64,000 bases of DNA, taken from NCBI GenBank assembly GCA_964637655.1, contig CAZWUZ010000001.1, positions 599 to 64,598 of the forward strand. The letters are read 5' to 3'. The position numbers were made by a program, and so were the translations under genes. Under the pieces are notes generated by a model. It was not told where the DNA came from. It worked only from the letters and a program-made list of their open reading frames with translations, and made no database searches. How positions within the stretch are numbered: position 1 is the first letter of the stretch; each line of letters opens with the position of its first letter. Shown one piece after another: positions 57,221 to 64,000 of the stretch. Source of the stretch: an uncultured bacterium (lineage in GTDB: Bacteria > DAOPZR01).

Positions 57221-58237
57221 TCATTGCCTGCGTGCCGCCGCTTGCGTGCCCGTATTCTCCACGACCGGCGTTATCTCCATCACTGCCACCGGGCTATAGC
57301 CATGTGCGAGCAGCGTCAGCCGGTTCGACGGTATGTCATACAAACATACCTGCAGTTCTCCCAGTTGGAACAGCACCTTGTCTTCCGGAAGATGTGTCAC
57401 ATTACGCACCCGCCAGAAACCCAGCGGCGTTTCCATCGTTATCTCGAATGTCTGCCGGTTTCCGTCCTGCCGGCCAGTCAGTCCCGCACCCCAAAAACCG
57501 GACGAAACCTCCCATCTACTTTGCTCCGCCGTTCCCAGTTTCGCTGCCGGACCGAAGCGGCCCCACCAGCGAAGCGTAGCAAGATCGTCCCCGTACACGC
57601 GTTGCGTGCCGCCGTTGTTGCGTACCGGCACCGCCCGCGTCGCGAATGTATCCCGCACCGTATCGGTTTGCAAAATCTGATTGTCTTCGAGGCGCGTTGC
57701 CAGCAGCGAGCATCCGGTGCTGTCAGAAGCGGACAACGCCAGACTGCTGCTTTGTCTGGCATTGTTCAAATCGTAGATACGTCGGGCGGTCATATGCCGG
57801 TCAAGCGTATAGACATAGCCGTTTTCCGCAATATAGTAGACTGTCACTCCGTCAGGAAGCGGCAGGGCAGCGGCGGGAACAATTGCCGGTCCGGTCAGCA
57901 GCGATGTGCCGCTGACCAGCCAGAACCAGCCGGCCAGCAGCAGATATGAAGCACTCTGCACCATCAGTGACGCGCGCCAGGACCGACGCAGCCACTGTGC
58001 CTCCCCGCGAAACAGGAACGCCACAAACGGGAATTCAACGAGCTGCGTTATGGCATAGGCCAACACCACCAGAAGCAGAAACAGCGGCCGCACCGTCATG
58101 ACATCTGCGTCAACCACTTCGAGACCTGTAACGAACAACACTCCAAGCCAGGCCGATACCAGATTGGCAAGTACCATCACTCCGATGGCCAGGTTTTTCC
58201 GCCGGCCGCAATAGCGGGCAAGGAGCCCCCCCCTCAA
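57221..58237 (-). CDS. membrane-anchored protein with extracytoplasmic domain (338 aa)
   Basis: Four N-terminal TM helices; beta-rich C-terminal domain. Confidence 0.45.
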   Translation of the reverse strand: MRGGLLARYCGRRKNLAIGVMVLANLVSAWLGVLFVTGLEVVDADVMTVRPLFLLLVVLAYAITQLVEFPFVAFLFRGEAQWLRRSWRASLMVQSASYLLLAGWFWLVSGTSLLTGPAIVPAAALPLPDGVTVYYIAENGYVYTLDRHMTARRIYDLNNARQSSSLALSASDSTGCSLLATRLEDNQILQTDTVRDTFATRAVPVRNNGGTQRVYGDDLATLRWWGRFGPAAKLGTAEQSRWEVSSGFWGAGLTGRQDGNRQTFEITMETPLGFWRVRNVTHLPEDKVLFQLGELQVCLYDIPSNRLTLLAHGYSPVAVMEITPVVENTGTQAAARRQ

Positions 58238-58385
58238 ACCAGGCGACGAGCAGGTTGCCGAAAAACAGGTGGAACGCTCCCGCCCAAATCAGCGGCGTTC
58301 CGGCATTCGCTGCAGCAGCCGTCGGCAGCAGCAACAGCGCGGCTGTCCCGCCCAGCAGCGTCAGGCCCGCCCGCCAACCCGTCAT
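58110..58385 (-). pseudogene. duplicated 5' fragment of lipoprotein gene 56578..57189
   Basis: The first about 39 nt (MTGWRAGLTLLGGTAAL) are identical to the start of the 203-aa lipoprotein gene. The remainder overlaps the start of 57221..58237 and has no lipobox. Confidence 0.3.
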
Positions 58386-58436
58386 CGCAGCCCCCCGGTC
58401 TTCTGTGTCATTGGTATTTTGCCCGACCGTTTCATA

Positions 58437-58976
58437 TCAGTGCATGCCAATTATGCATCCGATATTGTAGGCCAGCCCTGTTGCCAGGTGGTACGTCACT
58501 ACTGCTACAATCAAGACACATGGAACGGCAATAACGGACAATACTACTGTGCAGAATGCGTACATCCATAGTCCGTTCTGCACTTGCCTTGCAGCAGCAA
58601 TCACTGAACCGATGAACATAATTCCCAGCGAAGCATAGAATACATAGACATGAGGCGGGTCGCCAAATCTCGTGTCGCTTCCCCAGAGCACCAGATATGC
58701 CACGACCTTGTACACATCAAATGGTATCAGTGCGAGGAACATGCAGGCAGCCGGGATGACGGGATTCGCACAGTATGTCCCACAATACCTGCGTGATTCG
58801 TTCCCGGATTGTCGCGTGACACTTTGTCCTATGGTCGGCGGGGGGACGTAGGATTGCTTCATCGATTTCGACGGAAAGTCATAACCGCAATCACAGCGCC
58901 GTGCCGTATCCGGATTCAGCATTCCGCAATTCGGACACTTCATCGCCGCCTCAGCACCGGCACGGTCCTGATTCAC
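58437..58976 (-). CDS. zinc-ribbon (CPNCG...CDCG) N-terminus with polytopic membrane domain
   Basis: MKCPNCGMLNPDTARRCDCGYDF then 4 TM helices. Confidence 0.5.
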   Translation of the reverse strand: MNQDRAGAEAAMKCPNCGMLNPDTARRCDCGYDFPSKSMKQSYVPPPTIGQSVTRQSGNESRRYCGTYCANPVIPAACMFLALIPFDVYKVVAYLVLWGSDTRFGDPPHVYVFYASLGIMFIGSVIAAARQVQNGLWMYAFCTVVLSVIAVPCVLIVAVVTYHLATGLAYNIGCIIGMH

Positions 58977-59596
58977 GGAATCTGCTCCGTCTTGCCGTTG
59001 CTGAACACATACCTGATGGTTTCGGCAACACCGTACCAGGTCGCATGCACGCTCTGAATCGTGTAGTTGCTGCCATCGCAGGTGTAGGCGTATCGGTTAT
59101 CCCATGGATCAGTGGTGATGGTTGCCAGGTACGGGCCGCTCCAGCCGGCCACGCCGTCGCTGTAAAGTTGATGCAGCGAGGTCAGCGGAAAGCGTTGGTC
59201 GCGCACATCCTCGCGGTACAGAGCCAGCGCCGGGTTGAATGCTTTCTCGATGTCGCCGGTTGCGCCTTGACGTTTCGACACATCGATCGCGTCTTCCAGG
59301 TGGAACCCGGCAACTCTGCACCAGACCAGCGCCAGCAGGACGGTGTAGGCCGTAAGGCGGACAGCACGCCCTTTGTCCCCGCCATGCCAGGCAAAACGCG
59401 CTGCGATGACCAGCGCAATGAGTGCCAGCGGCGCACACAGGTAGAGCAGAACGCTGAAATGCGTCCCGCACAGCAACCACGCCCAATGGCGTACCGGTTT
59501 CACCGTGCCGAACAACAGCAGGAACAGCAGTATCGCGCATGCCGCACTCCAGCCGAGCAGCTGCAGCCTTCGCCACAGTATCTGTCGGTCTTTCAC
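58973..59596 (-). CDS. GspG-like pilin-domain membrane protein
   Basis: ALALYREDVRDQRFPLTSLHQLYSDGVAGWSGPYLATITTDPWDNRYAYTCDGSNYTIQSVH...ETIRYV. Confidence 0.6.
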   Translation of the reverse strand: MKDRQILWRRLQLLGWSAACAILLFLLLFGTVKPVRHWAWLLCGTHFSVLLYLCAPLALIALVIAARFAWHGGDKGRAVRLTAYTVLLALVWCRVAGFHLEDAIDVSKRQGATGDIEKAFNPALALYREDVRDQRFPLTSLHQLYSDGVAGWSGPYLATITTDPWDNRYAYTCDGSNYTIQSVHATWYGVAETIRYVFSNGKTEQIP

Positions 59597-59659
59597 TGTT
59601 CTATCACCCGCATCAATCCACGTTGCATAGTGAGTTTATCTCCGCCGCCGTTGCGCATC

Positions 59660-60076
59660 TTACTGGTATTTTGCCCGGTATAGTTCCTGCGCGCGCATGC
59701 GCACCGCAGTGTCGGCTGCAACTTCGGTGATGGCGGTCGGCGACGGCACGAAGGCCATGTCGCCGACATCGGAGCTTTGCAGCACGATGGTGTCGCCGCT
59801 CTGCATCCAGCCCAGCGCCCACTTGTTCGCGTCGCCCGCGCGCGTCAGCAGGGTGGCGCACTCCTGCCCGGTGGTATCGGTCAGATGCAGCACAACATGC
59901 GCGTAGTCGGCGCGACTGGTATCGGTGGCATTGACCGACGCGAACACGCCATACGTGCCTGATGGCGACGGGTACGGCCCATCAGTATAATCCGACCTGC
60001 CGCAGGCGACGAGCAGGGCGAAGCAGGCTAGTCCGACGGCCAAGGTCAGGCATGGCATACGTCGCATGATCGTCAT
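59660..60076 (-). CDS. lipoprotein (138 aa)
   Basis: LAVGLACFALLVACG lipobox. Confidence 0.5.
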   Translation of the reverse strand: MTIMRRMPCLTLAVGLACFALLVACGRSDYTDGPYPSPSGTYGVFASVNATDTSRADYAHVVLHLTDTTGQECATLLTRAGDANKWALGWMQSGDTIVLQSSDVGDMAFVPSPTAITEVAADTAVRMRAQELYRAKYQ

Positions 60077-61701
60077 TCGACTGCACCGCAGTCTACGGGC
60101 GTGAGCGATATGCCCATGCCATACAGTTTGAATACCCGCTCCCGGTCGCCACCGGTGACGCTGACACGGTAATCACCCTGTGCAGGAAATTGTATGTCCA
60201 CGGAACTGTCCTCCCCCTGCAGCAGATAACGCCCCCGTTCCTGCCGCCCGCTGCTGCCGGTTATCAGCAGCCCGGTGCCGGAAACCGAATCGGTTGCGGT
60301 CACGATCATCCCTGTCGGATTATCTCCCTGCCCCGGGTAGAACCTGCCGGCATAGACAGCATCTGGCACCGGCGTGAGTGTGCCTTCATGCCCTGCCATT
60401 CCTACCTCCACCAGCACCGTTCCCGGCGCCATGAAACGGTGATTATCGGCGTCAGCATCGCTGCGCCGCGGCGCAAAGCATGTTGCCCCGACAAGAGCGA
60501 GAAACACCAGCAGGAGAACCATATGCACCCAGATACGCCAAGTGGGCACTGCCTTTGCCGGGGGCGCCGCCGGAGCACTCTCCACTTCTGGCAGCACGCT
60601 CTCGCCGGCAGCCGGGGCGCTTTCCGGTGCGGCCGGCTTGCTCATGGCCACGGTCGCATCGACCAGCAGCGGCGCAAGCCACCACAACTGCATCAGGAGC
60701 AGGAGCCAGACCGCGATGAGCATTACCGCCGCGAGTGACATGATGAACGATGAGTGCGTAAATCCGTAGCCAAACAGCAACACAGCAACAGCCAGCGCAA
60801 TCCAGAGCGACACCGTTTGCCAGCGGGGAACGGGCAGCATGCGCCTGTAATAGACATACTGTGACGTAAAAAACAGGATGTACAGGGTGGCGAGGTACGC
60901 CGGCGCCTCCACAACGAACACCCGTACTCCTTCGCCTGCCGCCATTGCCCGGGCAAGTACGCCCGCATGCCGGCTGATCAGCAGGACAAGGGCAATTCCA
61001 TTCAGCACCGCGTTGGCCAGCATCCACAGCGTCAGCCGGCGCAACAGGGTGATGCGTTCCCCGCGGCGTCTGACGGCTTCCGCCTCATCCGCCGATGGGG
61101 CTTGAGTTGCACGCTTGCGTATCGTTTCGGCTGCCTGACGCCAGTTGGCGGCAAGATTGAGTGCCATGACGGCACCAAGACAGGTTGCCGCCGCGGCCAT
61201 CAACTGCCCCCATTCGCCGGGCAGCAGGAGCGAGGCACTGTAAAGGGCGCCGCACACTGACAGCAGCAACATGAACCACACCATTACTGCGCGGTTGTTG
61301 CGGCGTCGCGTCGCGTCATCGAATGCCTCCGGCCATGGCCGGCGCCGGCGGGTAACCTGATAGATGCCGGTCCATGCCAGCACGCAGGCCGCGATAATCC
61401 ACAGTTCAGCAGAGAAGTACGCGGCAAACGTTTCCGGCGGCCGCCGGACGTTGAGGCAGTTGAGCAGCATCAGCCCGGCGGCGACGCTGCAGAGCATCAG
61501 TTGCAGCGTGGCATTCTCGTACGGCAGTAGCGGGCCGGCAGAACGTGTTGGTTGCAGGGCGGCGAGCCGTTTCTCCCGGCGGTGCAGCAGAAACACGATG
61601 AACCATACCGGCAGCACGAAGCCCAGGGCAAGCAGCAGGACCGGCACCACCAGCATCATGAATATCAGTACGGCATCCAGCATCCCCGCGCCCCCCTCCA
61701 C
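60073..61701 (-). CDS. polytopic envelope protein with C-terminal beta domain; paralog of 52042..54165 (annotated start is GTG; ATG at 61683 is possible)
   Basis: Shared TM core (LMLCSVAAG.MLLNCL) and C-terminal GTLTPVPDAVYAGRFYPGQGDNPTGMIVTATDSVSGTGLLITGSSGRQERGRYLL. Confidence 0.55.
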   Translation of the reverse strand: MEGGAGMLDAVLIFMMLVVPVLLLALGFVLPVWFIVFLLHRREKRLAALQPTRSAGPLLPYENATLQLMLCSVAAGLMLLNCLNVRRPPETFAAYFSAELWIIAACVLAWTGIYQVTRRRRPWPEAFDDATRRRNNRAVMVWFMLLLSVCGALYSASLLLPGEWGQLMAAAATCLGAVMALNLAANWRQAAETIRKRATQAPSADEAEAVRRRGERITLLRRLTLWMLANAVLNGIALVLLISRHAGVLARAMAAGEGVRVFVVEAPAYLATLYILFFTSQYVYYRRMLPVPRWQTVSLWIALAVAVLLFGYGFTHSSFIMSLAAVMLIAVWLLLLMQLWWLAPLLVDATVAMSKPAAPESAPAAGESVLPEVESAPAAPPAKAVPTWRIWVHMVLLLVFLALVGATCFAPRRSDADADNHRFMAPGTVLVEVGMAGHEGTLTPVPDAVYAGRFYPGQGDNPTGMIVTATDSVSGTGLLITGSSGRQERGRYLLQGEDSSVDIQFPAQGDYRVSVTGGDRERVFKLYGMGISLTPVDCGAVE

Positions 61702-61717
61702 TGCAACCTATGCAGGA

Positions 61718-61746
61718 TTATTACATAGTGTTGCTATGCTCGTCAA
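61718..61746 (-). promoter_or_regulatory. diverged copy of the conserved promoter (TTGACG-AGCATAGCAACACTATG-TAATAA)
   Basis: Same -35/spacer architecture and CATAGC..ACAC core as the four identical sites. About 10 nt upstream of the 542-aa gene. Confidence 0.3.
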
Positions 61747-61854
61747 CAGTGAGGTGGCACACCGGGTGCCGCAGCGGGGGGGGATTACCTGAAGAATGTC
61801 CTCATGTTCAGTGGTGACGATGTTCGGAGAGGATGCCGGTCAGCCGGAGTCCGG

Positions 61855-62079
61855 TCAGGCCGCGTAGCGCAGGATTTCGACTTCCGCTCCCTTACTGGCC
61901 GCAACTTCCGCCTGCGCCAGCACTGCATGGGTAATGGCTTCCGAAAGGAAATACTCCCCGCAATTGTCACACACTTCCGCCGGCACATCCTTGATAACCA
62001 CGGTTGTTTCGCCGCGTTGCAGCGTAACCGTGACCTTCCCGACAGCGGTTTCCCCGGTGCGGCAAATTGAGCATTTCAT
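61855..62079 (-). CDS. YgiT-type zinc-finger protein (MqsA-like antitoxin candidate); start at MKCSICRTGE
   Basis: CSIC...VPAEVCDNCGE is the YgiT zf pattern. ATGA overlap with the DUF4258 stop. Confidence 0.55.
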   Translation of the reverse strand: MKCSICRTGETAVGKVTVTLQRGETTVVIKDVPAEVCDNCGEYFLSEAITHAVLAQAEVAASKGAEVEILRYAA

Positions 62080-62387
62080 TTCGGCCTCCTCGTACGATAA
62101 TCGCTCATCCAAATCAGTGGATCCGGTACATACGCTGTGATCACATGGCACTGCATCACCGTCCAGTCAAGTGCATACACAACGTGAATTGCCGTTGTCC
62201 CGACGGTTCCCAACACCAGATAACTTGGAAACGGTGTATCGTCAGGATATTTCGCAATAGTATCGCCCTTGCAAATCACCTGAATTACTTCTGTCTCCGA
62301 GATCCCACGAGAAAACATACGTTGCACTGCATGGCCGCTAAATTGAAACGACATGGCAGTATCAGGTTTGTCCTTGCCGTTTACCAT
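62076..62387 (-). CDS. DUF4258-like protein (toxin candidate)
   Basis: FSGHAVQRMFSRGISETEVIQVI...LVLGTVGTTAIHVV fits the DUF4258 pattern. Confidence 0.5.
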   Translation of the reverse strand: MVNGKDKPDTAMSFQFSGHAVQRMFSRGISETEVIQVICKGDTIAKYPDDTPFPSYLVLGTVGTTAIHVVYALDWTVMQCHVITAYVPDPLIWMSDYRTRRPK

Positions 62388-62491
62388 GCTGTGATTATAC
62401 CATATCCTAATGCGGAAGTAATTACCCTTGCGCTATTGCCGCGTTGCATCGCCCGCGGGTCCTTGCCGCACTGTCGGCACGACGGTGCTGG

Positions 62492-63238
62492 TCATGGCAG
62501 CCACACCGCCTCGCTGTCGGTCGAAACGTAGCGGATGGTCTCGCGCACGTCGGCCCCGAAATGGTCGTGAACCGACATCAGCGTGTAGGTAGTACCATCC
62601 GTCTGATACTGGTATTCGTTGTTCCACGGATCGCTGGTGATGGTCGCCATATACGGCCCGCTCCAGCCGGCCGCGTTATCACGCAGCAGTTGCGTCAGCG
62701 TCGACGGATAGCGGTGGGGCGACACATCAGCGTAATACAGTTGCAGCGCGTCCCGACAGGCCATGATATCGCTGTGCGCCGCTCCGGCCTTGGAGGCACT
62801 GAGCGCATCATATATCCGGAGGCTGCCCGCAACGCTCGCGACGATGGCCACTGCCACCAGCGGCCATGCCAGCCACGGTGACATGGGCAGGAACCCGACC
62901 CGGTTTTCATCATTTCTGCACCGTGACAGGAATGCCAGAAACAGGACGGCAGTCACCAACGAGGCCAGCATAAAAAGCTTTGGCAGGTGTCCTGCCACTC
63001 CGTTGCTATTCAGCATGAACAGTTTTTCACCTATCGTATAGGCATGAAGCGTCATGCTCGACCGCCACCCCCAACTCCGGTCAAGTTCCAGGCCGGCAGC
63101 CGCGACGATGTACATGATACCCACGGCAATCGTCCAAAGCATAAACCCCGGCACAGCATCGTAGATGACGAACATGAAAATGCTGTAGCACCCCAGCAGT
63201 CCCTGTATTACAGCCACCTCCGGCAACCATCTACGCAT
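62492..63238 (-). CDS. GspG-like pilin-domain membrane protein
   Basis: ALQLYYADVSPHRYPSTLTQLLRDNAAGWSGPYMATITSDPWNNEYQYQTDGTTYTLMSVH...ETIRYV. Four N-terminal TM helices. Confidence 0.6.
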   Translation of the reverse strand: MRRWLPEVAVIQGLLGCYSIFMFVIYDAVPGFMLWTIAVGIMYIVAAAGLELDRSWGWRSSMTLHAYTIGEKLFMLNSNGVAGHLPKLFMLASLVTAVLFLAFLSRCRNDENRVGFLPMSPWLAWPLVAVAIVASVAGSLRIYDALSASKAGAAHSDIMACRDALQLYYADVSPHRYPSTLTQLLRDNAAGWSGPYMATITSDPWNNEYQYQTDGTTYTLMSVHDHFGADVRETIRYVSTDSEAVWLP

Positions 63239-63313
63239 AGTTGTCCTCCTTGCTTACACAAGCCAGACAGCGGCATCTGCAGCCATGCCGTATGAGATTG
63301 ACCGGGGTTCGCA

Positions 63314-63631
63314 TCATCGCGCCCCGGCCATCGCGGGCTTGCGCAATTGCCTGACCACGTAGATACCGATAATCAGCAGCAGTCCGCTCCAGCCGAACCC
63401 GATGCCGAAGCAGATGCCGTAGTGGTACGCGGTTTCGGCCTCCAGCAGGTACGCGACGAGCATAAGCAGCAGGCCTGCCAGCGTCGCCAGCGGCAGTACC
63501 AACAGCCCCTCCCAGCGGGTTGACGGTTCGCACAGGCGCCAGATTTCCCAGCAGATCACCGCGCCCGCCACAAACAGTGACACCACAATCAGCAGCCAGA
63601 AAAGTATCATGCCGGCAAAAGCAAAGAGCAT
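63314..63631 (-). CDS. small membrane protein (105 aa)
   Basis: Three hydrophobic helices. Confidence 0.4.
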   Translation of the reverse strand: MLFAFAGMILFWLLIVVSLFVAGAVICWEIWRLCEPSTRWEGLLVLPLATLAGLLLMLVAYLLEAETAYHYGICFGIGFGWSGLLLIIGIYVVRQLRKPAMAGAR

Positions 63632-63669
63632 GTTCTCCTCCCTTCACCCGTGGCCTTGCCGATGCGCAC

Positions 63670-64000
63670 TCATGCCACGAGTGCCGGCTTGCGGGTCTTC
63701 CAGAAGACGATGCCGAAGACCACCGCGTTGATTATGCCGAAAAGGGCGGGCATGAACGCCAGCCCCCAAACACTGATGAACGAGTCGATCTTTGCATTCT
63801 CCGGATCGCGCGGGTCGTAAAGCACCGGAACGCGGTCGCCGACCGCGTAAGCCGGCGGGCTGCTCGAATGGGACGAAATCACCTCGTGTTCTTCTCCCTG
63901 CGGATCGATATACGTGAACACCGGCGTGTAGAGCCGCTGCGCCTTATTCCCCTGATGCTCATCCATGCGGGTGATTGTGCCCGTGGCGGTGACTGCCTTG
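63670..64000 (-). CDS. DUF3592-like protein, 3' portion (frame is open upstream to the window end)
   Basis: YTPVFTYIDPQGEEHEV...VGDRVPVLYDPRDPENA fits DUF3592, followed by a C-terminal TM helix. The minus frame has no stop between 63966 and 64000. Confidence 0.45.
   Translation of the reverse strand, partial: KAVTATGTITRMDEHQGNKAQRLYTPVFTYIDPQGEEHEVISSHSSSPPAYAVGDRVPVLYDPRDPENAKIDSFISVWGLAFMPALFGIINAVVFGIVFWKTRKPALVA

Noticed and set aside
58412-59677. 14-mer tggtattttgcccg present twice (58412-58425 and 59664-59677)
   Set aside because: One copy is intergenic and the other lies inside the 3' end of a coding region. There is too little context to call it a regulatory element.
52000-63300. 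Interpreting the GspG-like ORFs as a canonical type II secretion or type IV pilus pseudopilin operon
   Set aside because: There is no prepilin leader, no Glu+5, and no secretin, ATPase or platform genes nearby. The N-termini are polytopic.

Overview
This 64 kb window is high-GC bacterial chromosomal DNA (about 65-70 % GC by eye), with one AT-richer patch of about 50 % GC at 27.0-28.7 kb. Every gene I can support, roughly 65 in total, is on the minus strand. The genes are packed into long operons, and many neighbours overlap by 4 nt (ATGA) or sit within a few bases of each other. The minus strand frame is open from 1125 down to position 1, so the window begins inside a gene. I found no rRNA, tRNA, CRISPR array, transposase or integrase. 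Content is dominated by envelope and membrane proteins. Most products below are inferred from motif memory only; the better-supported calls are listed first.

- **Strong family matches.** Two near-identical PadR regulators; a PilT ATPase; an AAA+ ATPase of the Ycf46 type; a radical SAM enzyme with CxxxCxxC; a PIN/RHH toxin-antitoxin pair; a DUF4258/YgiT zinc-finger pair.
- **Duplicated PadR sensor modules.** Each PadR is followed by a large membrane protein with a DUF1700/HAAS-like N-terminal domain, a redoxin-like domain that has lost its CxxC cysteines, and TPR repeats. A 22-aa PadR remnant forms a third copy.
- **Pilin-like domain family.** Five membrane proteins carry a GspG-type (type II secretion pseudopilin) globular domain but lack a prepilin leader. 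Four of them sit in a paralog-rich cluster at 51-63 kb.
- **Secretion-type cargo.** A 2186-aa parallel beta-helix surface protein ends in a T9SS-type C-terminal sorting domain and is followed by a FadL/PorV-like outer-membrane barrel.
- **Ycf46/Ycf35 module.** A small DUF2997 protein, a TPR protein, a DUF1257 protein, the Ycf46-like AAA+ ATPase and a radical SAM enzyme are co-directional and translationally coupled.
- **Long operon at 1-16.3 kb.** It encodes TPR proteins, an O-antigen-ligase-like protein, and several membrane proteins with N-terminal zinc ribbons.
- **Shared promoter.** A sigma70-like promoter with an identical 13-bp core, TTGACATACATAG on the coding strand, occurs four times, with a fifth diverged copy. 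Four of the five precede PadR-associated or neighbouring operons.

All product names are inferred from sequence motifs I recognise; no database searches were run.
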